From Octopus vulgaris (taxonomy: Eukaryota), in contig OX597814.1 of assembly GCA_951406725.2 (NCBI GenBank), forward strand, positions 82,770,001-82,834,000: a stretch of DNA of 64,000 nucleotides. Reading direction: 5' to 3'. Positions 1 to 11,892 of this stretch are shown here, piece by piece (within the stretch, counting starts at the first letter, position 1; every line of letters begins with the position of its first letter). The notes under the pieces were generated by a model that saw nothing but the letters and a program-made list of their open reading frames with translations, did not search any database and was not told where the DNA came from. The position numbers and the translations under genes are program-made.

Positions 1-570
1 TTCTAGATATCCATGGAGGGAGCCATTCTTGTACCCATCGCAGTCCCCAATTTTTGTTGATAGAAGTTGTCTTTGAAAATAAAGTAGTTATTCTCCAAGA
101 TAAATTTTAGCCCATCTATCACGAATTCTTTTTTGATGTGATGCGGGAGTTTGATGGCATAATTCTCTAGCCAGAATTGAATTGCCTCTATTCCTAGGCT
201 GTGGAGGATATTGGAATAGAGATTGACTACATCTGGAATAGAGATTGACTACATCGAAGGATACTAGTAGGGTGTTTTTGTTTATTGTTTCAGGAAGGTG
301 ATTGAGCATATCCAGGTTGTCCCTTATGTAGCTTTTGACATGCTTGAGGAATGGTTTTAAGAGGGTATCTAAAAGGTTACTGAGGTGGTGGGTTTTGCAT
401 GTGGGACCTGCTATTATAGGTTTTAATTTGAGGTCACTAAGAGTAGGGATTTTGATTATCATGTCTATGGCTTTCCTGCATGTGTTACTTATTTTCTCAT
501 GCAGGGTGCAATGGGTGAATTGTCGCCATTTTATATTTTTAATTTCGTACATACGCATTGTTTGTTTTTG
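1..570 (-). mobile_element. Penelope-like element reverse transcriptase fragment (frameshifted)
   Basis: ORF 88..558 reads LKPIIAGPTCKTHHLSNLLDTLLKPFLKHVKSYIRDNLDML...LVSFDVVNLYS. A shifted frame continues IPHSLGIEAI...ILENNYFIFKDNFYQQKIGTAMGTRMAPS, matching PLE RT motifs. A 22-bp tandem duplication (212-233/234-255) causes the frameshift. Confidence 0.9.
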
Positions 571-589
571 ATTTTGTTGACTACACAGT

Positions 590-1410
590 ATAGTAGGGTC
601 AGTTGGGCATTGTCTGTGAGAAAAATACCACCATGATGCAATTCACTGCCAGAAATTTGGAAACGAAATGCTGTACTACTTGGAATTCATGTGAGAAGCT
701 CCAATACAAACATTTCCGAGTATTTGGGTGTGAATCTGAGGATAGTGCGATCTGAAGACATGTACCAAGAGTGATAAAAATCAAACATCCAGTCAACATC
801 ATGGTGTTTGGAGTGATCACTAGTGATGGCGACATTATGCCTCCATTCATCTTCCCACATGTCCTCAGACTTAACACAGAGGCCTACATCAAGTGCCTGG
901 AGAAGATAGTGCTGCCCTGGGTGATGAGGGTGGCTGCTAGAAGACCTTATGTCTGGCAACAGGACTCTGCCCCATGCCACACATGCGAAAGAACCTAGTG
1001 ATGGCGATCAGACAATTTCTGCGACCACACTGCCCCTAACATCTGGTCACCTACCTCCTCAGACTGCAACCCCCTTGATTATTATGCAACCCCCTTGGTT
1101 ATCATTATTATTATTATTGAGCAAGAGACCAATAAAACTCCTTGTAACACCAAAGATGAACTGAAAGCAAGGATTGTGGCAGCATTCATCAATTTAAGCA
1201 AGGAGACTGTCCAGAAGAGTTGCTGGAGATAACGAAGTTGTCTGGTGGCCATGAATGAAACCAATTGTGATTTTATTGAATAAATTTATTCTTTAGTATT
1301 TCAAGATATTTTTATGTAATTTTGGTAAATATACCTGTTAAAATGAGATGCCAGTGTTATTTTCCTTTTGGTGTAATTTAGATGACAGTTTATTCATAGT
1401 AGCCTGAGTG
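590..1410 (+). mobile_element. Internally deleted Tc1/mariner (maT-like) transposon
   Basis: Reads IMVFGVITSDGDIMPPFIF...LNTEAYIKCLEKIVLPW...PYVWQQDSAPCHT, then NIWSPTSSDCNPLDY and NTKDELKARIVAAF. N-terminal remnant at ~630-750 joins directly to the catalytic domain; stop codons present. Confidence 0.88.
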
Positions 1411-1416
1411 TATATA

Positions 1417-1421
1417 TAATG

Positions 1422-1493
<72 letters not shown>
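1417..1493. repeat. (AAT)n microsatellite
   Basis: Directly visible. Many other (TA)n, (CA)n, (GA)n, (GATA)n, (TATG)n and (GAT)n tracts occur throughout the window. Confidence 0.98.
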
Positions 1494-1750
1494 GTGAATA
1501 TGATACCGAACTTACAGAGAAAAATTCAATTTAGTAATACTAAATCAAATTTCCCAAATTTCTATATGGTATGATTTAAGTATATCATTGTTGAATTGTA
1601 ATACGTACACACACATACACACACATGAGGTGAAAAAATATTACTTATTTTCCCTTATATATATATGTATATATGTATGTGTTTGTGAAAGATTATATTA
1701 CTAGTAAATAAGACTTGTTTCTTTGTGTTATACATCTAAAATGTTGTTTT

Positions 1751-1808
<58 letters not shown>

Positions 1809-2256
1809 ACATATATATATACAGATAGATAGATAGATAGATAGATAGATTTAGTCTCTTATATATATATATATAGATTCGGTTTTTGTCCTCTATATTG
1901 AACCAAAATTAAGATAAATGTCATGTTTGTCTTCCTTCTATAATTGTTCTAACTGGATTTCATTCATTTTCTTAGTGACCAATTTAGAAAAAGAAAATGT
2001 GTTAATCTATTTGAACCAGCTTAGCTTTATGATAATAACAATAGTAGCAACAGTAGCAGCAGCCATATCAGCATCAACATCAATAACAATGACAGCACCA
2101 ATAACATCAACAACTACAGTGGGAAATTCTATTTTCATTTACAACAGCTGAATCATTACTCATATTCATAAATAGTTATCTATTTTTTCCTTATAAAATT
2201 CTTTATATACACAACACTTAACACTTTTTTCATATATATATATCAGTGGTAAAACA

Positions 2257-2287
<31 letters not shown>

Positions 2288-2351
2288 GTCTATGTAAATA
2301 GGTATGTATGTCTGTATATGTGTGTATATTTGTGTATATATATATGTCTGT

Positions 2352-2640
2352 AAAGGTGCATACCCCAGTGGTTAGAGTATCAAGCTTACGATCGTGAGGT
2401 TGTAAGTTTGAATCCTGGACCAGGCTGCGCGTTGTGTTCTTGAGCAAGACACTTTATTTCACATTGCTCCAGTTCACTCAGCTATAGAAATGAGTTGCGA
2501 CATCATAGGTACAAAGCTGTATCAGACTTTGCATTGCCCTTGGATAACACTGGTGACGTGGAGAGGGGAGGCTGGTATGCATGGGCAATTGCTGGTCTTC
2601 CATAAATAACCTTGCCCAGACTTGTGCCTGGAAGGGTAAA
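2352..2640 (+). mobile_element. tRNA-derived SINE, family D
   Basis: A/B-box-like head (cagtggttagag...gtttgaatcc) followed by gtgttcttgagcaagacacttt; homologous to 60190-60520, 31885-32205 and 61000-61330. Confidence 0.85.
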
Positions 2641-3105
2641 TCTTTTCTTATCTGCTTCCCCTACTGGCTAAATAAACCTGTCTCCTAGCTTCCCTTCTGG
2701 CAGTCTGCTACCACCATTCTTCCAGTCCTTCCAAGCCTGTTTCTTTTCCCTAATGGCCCTGTCAACAACATTGTTCCACCACCACATTACCTTGTGTCGA
2801 GAGGGGGCTTTGCACCATCCACAGATCTGGTCAGTGGCCCTCAGCAGGTTGTCCCGTAGAAACCTTCAGTTGTCTTCCACATCATGTGATGCTATATCAC
2901 CCTCTATTTCATCAAAAGCTTTGAGTAATACATCTCTAAATCTTTGTCCATTCACAGTATCTTTAAGCTTCCAAACCCTTCTTCTCCATGCTGGTCTTCT
3001 TATGGGCATCCATTTAGCCTTAATCCTGAAACTGCTAATTACTAGCCTATGTTGTGGGGTACATTCTTCACCTGGAAAGGTTTTAGCTTTTAAAGGCAGC
3101 CATCT
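2641..3105 (-). mobile_element. RTE-clade LINE fragment (end of APE endonuclease and linker)
   Basis: AKTFPGEECTPQHRLVISSFRI...RRVWKLKD...NLLRATDQICGW...WWWNNVVDRAIREKKQAWKDWK. Confidence 0.8.
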
Positions 3106-3436
3106 TTCCTTGTACAAGTTGAGCACTGGAGTCGATGTAATTGACTTACCCACTCCCTTGGAATTGCCGGCCTTATATCAAAATTTGAAACTAATATTTA
3201 TTCTGTTTACATTTGACATACAGAATTGTCCTCTGTGTCTTTTAGTCATGAACTAATGTTGACTAGCATGGCTAACATGGATATTTGTTTTGCTGACCCT
3301 TTGAAGTCTATCTTGCATCCTTCAAATTGTATTCTATCCCCAGAGAGTAAAAGTAATTTTTCCATGTATTGTCTAGAATGGAAGTCTTTAGCCTTAAGGT
3401 TTCATGTTCTTTGTCTTCATGTTTCTTTGATTGCCA

Positions 3437-3785
3437 TCTTTTAATCATTGACTTATTTCAGGCTTTGGACCATGGACATGCTTGGGTACAACCTTGAAGG
3501 GTTTAGTTGAACAAATTGACCCCAGTACATTTTTCTTATTTTTAAGTTTGGTACTTATTCTGCCGATCTCTTTTGCTGAACCACTAAATTACAGGCATGT
3601 AACCAAACCAACACTTTTTGTCAAGTTGTGAGGCATGGGACAACACACGTGCACACACACACACACACACATACACACACACACACACATTCAGACACAC
3701 ACAGACACACAGACACACACACACACACACAATAGGCCTCTTCCACCTTCTATGTACTAAATCCATTCACAAGGCTTTGGTGGAC
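3437..3785 (-). mobile_element. SINE family A, diverged partial copy
   Basis: Reverse-complement similarity to the family A tail, internal (CA)n tract and core end. Confidence 0.75.
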
Positions 3786-4158
3786 CATGAGAACTTTGCT
3801 CACAAATTTCATTGATATAACCAATTGTAAGCTACTGTTATATCTAAATCCATTGGCTTAATTATGATGTAACATTGGGGAAAAACAACCTGCACCTTAT
3901 TTTACAATTACTACTGAGAGGTTTCAGTCATTTTGGGAAATGGATGTGTTAGCCAAAATTAGCACCAGCAGAAAGTTTGAAGGCATCTTTCTGACATTTA
4001 TACATCACAAGAATAAAATTCACTTTCAAAAATACAGTCGCTTAAGATATATGTTGAACCTCAGTTTCTTTAAATAGCAATAATGCACTGCCAGCTAGTA
4101 CATTATGCCTTTCAAACATTGTGGATGTGCAAATATCCTCCACTATTAACTTTGAAAA

Positions 4159-4550
4159 GGGCAGGAGTGTTTGTTTGGTAAATAGCATGCTTACCAATCA
4201 CATGGTTCTGGGTTCAGTCCCACTGCGTGGCACCTTGGGCAAGTGTCTTCTACTATAGCCTCGGGCCGACCAAAGTCTTGTAAGTAGATTTGGTAGTCAC
4301 AAACTGAAAGAAGCTCGTCATATATGTGTGTCTGTGTGTGTTTGTGTCTGTGTTTTTCCCTCTAACATTGCTTGACAACCGATGCTGGTGTGTTTACATC
4401 CCATCATTTAGCAGTTTGGCAAGAGAGACCGATAGAATAAGTACTAAGCTTACAAAGAATAGGTTCTGGGGTTGATTTGCTCGACTAAAGTCGGTGCTCC
4501 AGCATGGCTGCAGTCAAATGACTGAAACCAATAAAAGAAAAAAGAAAAAA
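4159..4550 (+). mobile_element. SINE family A (tRNA head, CORE-like domain, internal microsatellite, stem-loop tail)
   Basis: gggttcagtcccactgcgtggcaccttgggcaagtgtcttctactatagcc...ggtgctccagcatggctgcagtcaaatgactgaaac plus A-rich end; more than 10 homologous copies in the window. Confidence 0.9.
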
Positions 4551-4844
4551 ATATCATCTACATTCATGCAAATCATGCAAAACAATACCCAAAAGACATT
4601 CCTTATTTAATTTATGATAAGGTGTTGATGCTTCATTCTTAAGTAATCCTTACGAATATTGTTACATACCTGGGAAGTTAGGAGTCCTTCCTACATAAAT
4701 ATGTCATTTAACCTATTCCTAAATAGTTTGACTTCCTAACTTGATGTGCTACCTGCCTGCTTCACTATAGATATTATACATTCCATAGTAATTTTAAAAT
4801 CACTACAATCACTTGTCAGAAGCTTTGAAATTTTTGATACCCAC

Positions 4845-5260
4845 ATGTCTGTGCGGTTAAGGAATTACCTTCCTGACAAAATGGTTTTGGGTCAGTCCTA
4901 CTGTATGGCATCTTGGGAAAATGTCTTCTATTACAACACTGAGTTGACCAGAACCTTGTGAGTGGAATGGGTAGTCAGACACTGAAAGAAGCTAATTTTA
5001 TACACACACACATACACGCATGTGTATGACATTGCATGACAGCCATAAATGAGTGCCATTGTCATATAAACAGTCATTCATGTCTAATATTCTGTGAAAA
5101 CATGTGAAGCTATTGGAAAATATTATCTTGTTCAGAGACAAGTCAGAATTGGTGATAGAATGGGCATCTAACCATAGAAAATTAACAACAATTAACTGCA
5201 CCTGACCCATGCAGGCATCAAATAGTGGAAATTAAAATTGATGGTCATGGTGATGGTGTG
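4845..5260 (+). mobile_element. SINE with family A head and alternative RTE-like tail
   Basis: Head resembles family A. Tail (aatgagtgccattgtcat...gaatgggcatctaaccatagaaaa...gacccatgcaggcat) resembles the RTE 3' end. Confidence 0.7.
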
Positions 5261-5269
5261 GTTTTCTGG

Positions 5270-5690
5270 CTAGTTTAACTGCTGTAGATATCTGGGTATT
5301 GAGAGCTTTTAATATGGTTCTTTTTTTGGCTAAACATAACCTGCACTTTCTGATACTATCAAAATTAGCCTTACACTTCTCTAAATTTTCCACTTTATGC
5401 CATATTCCATGGTGCTTTCCTTTAATGATCATACATGCCTGGTTAGGGCTGTGGAATTTTGACTTCTCAGGATATTCAAGGAGGACTTAAGGTTATTGAA
5501 TTTGATCTTAAAGGAAACCTCTTTCATTCCCATATGCTTCTGCATGTTCAGTTTCCCATTTAGGCCCTTTGATGTGACTTCTGTGTTGTGTCCAAATGTT
5601 TCCGTGTTACAATGTCTGTGAAGGGGGCATGTGGTGTGTATATATATATAATATATTAAGATGCTGGTGAATAGGCTACTTAAATGGTAG
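5270..5690 (-). mobile_element. Penelope-like GIY-YIG endonuclease remnant
   Basis: CPLHRHCNTE...EVTSK...KHMGMKEVSFKIKFNNLKSSLN...NSTALTRHV then KWKI...KCRLCLAKKRTIL: degraded PLE endonuclease with Cys motifs. Confidence 0.75.
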
Positions 5691-6440
5691 GACACCGGGT
5701 TGGATCAGAATTAAAATGCATGCACAACAATTATAGATGAATACCAACAATGGTGCAGAAGTACTGACAGAAGGATATTCAGGTTATGAATTAATTGAAC
5801 CTGACTGAGTATATCATCAGCCCTTGAACTAATTCAAAAACACACATTATTTTAAATATATTGTCCATAATATATTTTGGACCATGCAAGGGACAGGTTC
5901 AGAGAGAGGTGAATCTGTGACCAGTGTCGATTGTGGAATCACTAAATTTGTACATGTTGAGGATTAAAATTTTTTTAAATTTTCTTAATTTTATAATTTG
6001 TGTATTCATCTAAAGGAAACAGTTTTTTATAATGATATAATGTACCCATTAATCAATTGAAAAATTCGTTGGAAGCAGCTGTAATGAAATGACACCTACG
6101 CATTGTTATATATATATAATTTCTTTTTTACCTTGCATTATCACCTGTAATTAACACATCCTTCAAATTTTAACATTTTCTTCCTCATTTTTGAATATTT
6201 ACATTTAATCGCAGAATATTCTCATTATACCTCTGTAACCATGTACTTTTGAATATCTAAATTCAGCTGTCTCTTACAAGAGTTCATTCTTGTCTACATG
6301 TTGCCAACTGTTTTTATCTCCATGTATATATTTATGCATGTGTGTAGTTGTGTGTCTCTTGCTGTGAACATTCACATACGTTTTTGAGTTTTTGTATGTA
6401 AGTATATAATATATGTATGTATCTATATGTGTATGTGAGT

Positions 6441-6511
<71 letters not shown>

Positions 6512-6631
6512 TGTTTACTCTACATCTTAATTTGGCAAATAAACACTTAGATATATAGATATACGAACATGCATATGTAAATGTATACATGCATATATAT
6601 GTGTGTGTGTGTATATATATATGTATGTATG

Positions 6632-6699
<68 letters not shown>

Positions 6700-6706
<7 letters not shown>

Positions 6707-7026
6707 TAAAACAATGGAGTTAACGCAGGTGTAATCAAATATTTTTACTTTTGACACATGTTTCGAAAATTCCACTGATACTATTCAAAAGAATAAATGG
6801 TATAAACAATGCAGTCTTCTCCTCAGGAAATGAAAAAAACGAAACTCGTCAATAAGACATTTTATCAAAAAATGATGGATTTGTATAGCGATAGACAGAA
6901 CGCTATTAATATTGTTTAAAAAAACGTTATATGATATAACGTCATAAGTAGCTAACAGAAAGAGTAGGGATATTAATAGTGAATGTTAAATATAAAGGAA
7001 ATTAAAGTTTAAATGATATATAATGA
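6700..7026 (-). mobile_element. 3' UTR/pLTR of the Penelope-like element at 10263-11515
   Basis: Contiguous with 10263 once the Helitron is removed; carries a hammerhead core and ends at a (TA)n tract. Confidence 0.75.
6745..6832 (-). ncRNA. Type I hammerhead ribozyme motif (long stem II, minimal stem III)
   Basis: Minus strand: CUGAGGA (6826-6820), G-C-closed stem II of ~55 nt, GAAA (6764-6761), then C-AUGU-GUC. Stem I is weak (C-A mismatch then 3 bp). Confidence 0.65.
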
Positions 7027-7092
7027 CTAGCTGAAGGTGACCCGCTCTACGCGCGGGTAAGAGTGTGGTGGTTACTTTCTGTTGCTTCCTTT

Positions 7093-7408
7093 CAGCACGT
7101 AAAAAGCACCATCCGAACGTGGCGGATTGCAGCGCCGCCTTGACTGGCTTCTGTGCTGGTGGCACGTAAAAAGCACCAACCGATCGTGGCCGCTGCCAGC
7201 CCCCCTGGCACCTGTGCCGGCGGCATGAAAAAAGCACCCACTACGCTCACAGAGTGGTTGGCGTTAGGAAGGGCATCCACCTGTAGAAACACTGCCAGAT
7301 CAGACTGGAGCCTGGTGCAGCCTCCTGGCTTCCCAGACCCCGGTCAAACTGTCCAACCCGTGCTAGCACGGAAAACGGACGTTAAACGTTGATGATGATG
7401 ATGATGAT
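7093..7408 (+). mobile_element. RTE-type LINE 3' end nested in the Helitron
   Basis: Tandem gcacgtaaaaagcacc units, gagtggttggcgttaggaagggcatcc and a (GAT)n tail; homologous to 12300-12680, which follows RTE RT coding sequence. Confidence 0.85.
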
Positions 7409-8094
7409 TCTCCCTCTTTGTTTCTCTCTCCTTTCTCTCTCACTTCCCACTCTCTTACTCTTCCTTTCTCTCGGACTCTCCCTCGCTTTCTCTTACTCTC
7501 TATCTTTATCTATCTCTCTCCCATTTATAAACAACAAAAGATCTTGAGTAAGTTGAAAAATAAAATATTTAGAAAGATCAATCATAAATATCAGGCAGTA
7601 ACAACGGAAAGGTCTGCTTGAAGGCAGACAGCAAAACACTAACATTTAAAAGGGACAGACGAACTTGCAAGCTGAATAAAAATAATAAAATATTGGAAAC
7701 CAAAGTTTGAAGGGATAGAATCTGAGGATAGTAGAGTCACCATGGCTGGCATTTCTTAATGACGGACAGCAACGTATTGACAGTTCAACGGCTGGCGTAA
7801 AATTTTGAACTTGATGTAAAAGAAAATCCCTAAACACCAAGTTTTGAATTGATTCTTTCTCACGACAGTAGACTCACGATGTAGATTCAAAACTTCTTCA
7901 TCATGGACGGCAACACATTGACGATTAAAAGGCTGGTGCAATTTTTTTAGCTTGATGTAACAGAGAATTGCTAAACACCCGCTCCTTTAAATTTTAATCC
8001 CCTTCCAGCCCCATTTAGACCCCTTTTCACATTTTGGTTAATATAACCCGATTTCATTTGGGTCTACTGGGGCCACATTTTATAAGATGAGGAC

Positions 8095-8241
8095 TCAAGC
8101 AAGTTTCCCGAGTTCTGGTCATAGACCATAGAACAGTCAAGCAAGTTTCCCGAGTTCTGGTCATAGACCATAGAACAGTCAAGCAAGTTTCCCGAGTTCT
8201 GGTCATAGACCATAGAACTTTCCCGAGTTCTGTTCATAGAC
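8095..8241. repeat. 42-bp minisatellite, 3.5 copies, hairpin-forming unit
   Basis: tcaagcaagtttcccgagttctggtcatagaccatagaacag starts at 8095, 8137 and 8179, plus a partial fourth copy. Confidence 0.95.
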
Positions 8242-10262
8242 TTAGCTAACACTTAGCTAAAATCTAGTTTCTACCTAGTCTGAACCAATCAATCCACCGC
8301 AGTCTTCATCCACACAGAGCTTACTCAACCATGTTCCAGTTCCAGCGACAGACGACCAGACCAGCCAGTCATGTTCCTGCTCCAGCCAATGACGACGCTA
8401 ACATACACCAGCAACGCCACCGACGCCTTCATCTCAACGTCACCTTTCTCTGCCGTCGCCATCACCATCGTCGTCCTTCACCTTCACGTCGTCTCCATCT
8501 CCGTCGCCTTCATCTCCAGCAACACTAATATGTATATAGCACTCATTCAGGTTTAGCTTTCACGCTGTTATGATTTTCACCGAGGTTAACAGCACAGCAC
8601 TACCTGCGAGATCTGTACCAATGTAACCTGGCACAGCATTGAAGCCACAACCGCTACACGACATGTGTTCAACCGGCATCTGCACTTGTGATCCGAACAT
8701 CCTGTTACAGAACGAACTGCTATTATGTACTTTACTACGAACTGGTAAATTAACTCCATCTTGTCTGAAATACCCTGAGAGACTTTTCCTATGCGCTGTA
8801 TTTTGTTTTGCCCGCATACACCTTGTTTGTACTTCTGTCGCACACACGAGCACACATAGTTAATACACACACAAATGCTATCTCTGTCACATTCATACGC
8901 CACACATGCCTTTCTCGCTTGTTTTCCATGCTCAGTGTGCCCTTGTAAACACAACTCATCTCTGTAAGACCCTAGGTCGGTCACGCATACATAGAGAAAG
9001 TTGTTTGTCCCTTACAACGCTCCAGCATGCCACACTTTTGTTCCTGCACAACCGAGGCATATAATAGCTCAAGCACTGGCTGGCAGCCTCAGCCTTACCG
9101 CATTAATCACTGGCATATTCAATACTGTACACTGTATTTCAGCCTAGCAAGTCCTATTGCACTCATGCACCTCTGTTCTGCACGTGTACTCCCTTGTTTT
9201 GCAACACGTCTGCGTCAGCTCAATTCTTCTCCCGACTCAAAGCACGTCGGATGTTCACATGCGCTGCGCTCATGTTTAGGCATAATTTCCCCCTGTTAGA
9301 CCCCTGTTGGTCACGTAATTAACAGAGAAAATTATCTGTCTCGCACCCAAGTTGCACCCAAAAAGTGTAAAGAAGCAAACAGTTCCCTTTACGTAACTAT
9401 CAAAAAGTATTAAAAAGTTTAATATACATAAATACAGATATATACACTTTGTATATATACATTATATTTGACGAACTTATAAAGGGAAAGTGAAAGGGAG
9501 TTAGAGGGGAATGGAGGAAATAGTGTGAGTGAGTGAGGAAGACATATACGTAAAAGAACGGAAGTGGACTTGTGAAAGTGGGTTTTTGGCCCCTAGCAAC
9601 GACACCTTTTAAGATAGAGATCTCTAAGGTAGCCCACGCGCATCGTCACCTCATTTTACATGTCCCTGTAAATTTTAAAAATATAATATAGAAAATTGAA
9701 AAATTTAAATTATTTAAATTTAAAATAAAAATTATTAAATTATATTTATAATTTGTTTAAAAATATATATAACTATCAAAAAGTATTAAAAAGTTTAATA
9801 TACATAAATACAGATATACACTTTGTATATATACATTATATATAAAATTTATATATCGAACACACACACACACATATATAAATGAACGCAATGAATATCT
9901 GATTCATAATATTTGTTCTCATGATTGTGTGTTGGTGGTGGCGTGTGGCGATAATTCTCCCTATGAATGCAGACAGATACATCAAAGAACGCCGTCTGAC
10001 GAAATTTACATTGAATAACGGGAGTGGACTTGTCAAAGTTATATATGAAGGGGAGTTAGAGAGGGAATGTAGGAAATAGCGTGAGTGAGGAAGATGGGCC
10101 CTAGCAACCACACCTTTTAAGATAGGGATTTCTAAGGTAGCCCACGGGCATCGTCACCTCATTCTACATGTCCCTGTAAATTTTGGAGCGAATCGGACGG
10201 GACGTAGTGGCATTGAAAGCGATCCAAGCGGTAAAAACGCATTTCAGTTTTATATATAGAGA

Positions 10263-11515
10263 TAGAGACTACTTATATGCACTAAATGTATGTTTTTGCC
10301 AATGCTTACATCTGTATGCTCGCTCTATAACCGTGTTTACTAGAGTATTTTTAGAAAAAAATAATGAAAAATAGCTCAGAATTGCAGAGAAGACAGAATT
10401 TCTTGCCTTTGTCATATGGTATCGAAATTGAGAGGATCAACCATTCTAAATGAAATTATTCATTGTGGTCTTTTAAATCCCAAATCAGTTTGCTGAGACT
10501 GGTACTATTCCGTTTATTTCTATCCCTAAATGTTGAGTAATGGATAGAAATTCTTTTAGATAACTCTAACGATGTGCTTCCAATGTAAAATCGTACTTTA
10601 TTACGAGTACTGATTATACACTGGTATATAGAATTTTTAATCTTAGAGTTACTTGACATAAACTTAATTCTATTGGAATTGACTTCAGATACAATAACCC
10701 TGTTATTAATATTTCTAGAGGGTTGGATGGTATTAGCTAAATTAATGTTAGTATTAGTAAATGTATTAATATTTAACAGTTTGTTATTATGAGAAGATAT
10801 AATTTGCAAGAGATTTTTTGTGTTTGAAAAACCTATCCTAACCTTATGTGAATTGATTATAGAGTAATATCTAGAATTGTTTGGAAAATTCCTAGCAGTA
10901 GCTTGACGAAACAGCAGCGGGAGATTAGATTTAATTTGTCTCCCGTAAGGAATTATTAACCAAATATTTTTACTAGTATTCATAGTGTAATTACTTTTGA
11001 AGGTGTTATATTTACTTTTAGATCGATAATAGGAGATTAAATAAGGGTTATCTGCCTTCATTCGCTTTGTATCGGTGCGTAAGTTATGTTTGTTATCAAT
11101 AATTCTTTTACGACTAGAAATCTTATCTACATTTACAATTAGACTGAGCAGAATCAATATAGAAAATATTTTCTGTATAACCTACTTTGATTAAGGCAGA
11201 GTTATAGAATTCAGCGTTATTATTGAAAATATCAACATTAGCAGATAATTTAGATAATCTAAATGAAATATTCTTAACTAAGTTCTTAGTAATTGCTCCA
11301 GGATGATTACTAAATTTGCTAATATACTTAAGATTGGTCAACGGTTTATGATATGGGAAGTAAGAGTCAATGTGTAAATTAAGCATAATATCTAAAAAGT
11401 TGGCCTTCGTGATATCGTCATCAAAAACGATTTTTAAGCCCATTCTACTGAAAAAATTAACTAAACTATTCTTAACTTTTTGTACCTTTTGGTTGGAAAC
11501 ATTTTGGAGGTAAAG
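10263..11515 (-). mobile_element. 5'-truncated Penelope-like element: RT C-terminus, linker and GIY-YIG endonuclease
   Basis: ANFLDIMLNL...YHKPLTNLKYISKFSNHP (RT thumb); SIYQCIIS...FYIGSTSLELSKRISIH...STSLSKLIWDLK; after a stop, KFCLLCNSE...RCKH...AYK*. One frameshift near 11125-11157. Confidence 0.92.
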
Positions 11516-11892
11516 TAAACAATCATATATATATGTATGTGTGTGTATATGTGTGTGTGTGTGTATATGTATGAATGTGTATATATATATATGTATACAC
11601 ACACACACACACACACATATATGCAGTAGCAGAGAGATACCCAGTGTTGCCTGTGACACATGCAATTGAAGAATTAGACTTTTCTGTTATATTTTCTCTA
11701 ATGAACTGGAATACCTATGACTCGAATTTCATCAAAATTGCAGATGAGGGTTCTTTCCCTCTTTACACACCCTAAAAAAATTCTAATCATGACACATATA
11801 TCCCATACTACTGACCTTTATGCACAGATTCCAAAATTCCAGTCTTATGGAACCTGTTAAAAGGATTTTGCTCCTGAAAAATGGAGGTCATG

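Larger units (their letters stand above)
7027..10262 (-). mobile_element. Non-autonomous Helitron
   Basis: Minus strand starts TCTCTATATATAAAA and ends ACCCGC-gcgtaga-GCGGGT hairpin...CTAG. Inserted between A and T with no TSD. No intact Rep/helicase ORF. Confidence 0.85.

Noticed and set aside
5765-5828. Minus-strand CUGAUGA followed by a hairpin near the PLE remnant
   Set aside because: No GAAA box after the hairpin; too degraded to call.
8095-8241. Palindromic repeats resembling CRISPR direct repeats
   Set aside because: No unique spacers; a pure tandem repeat.
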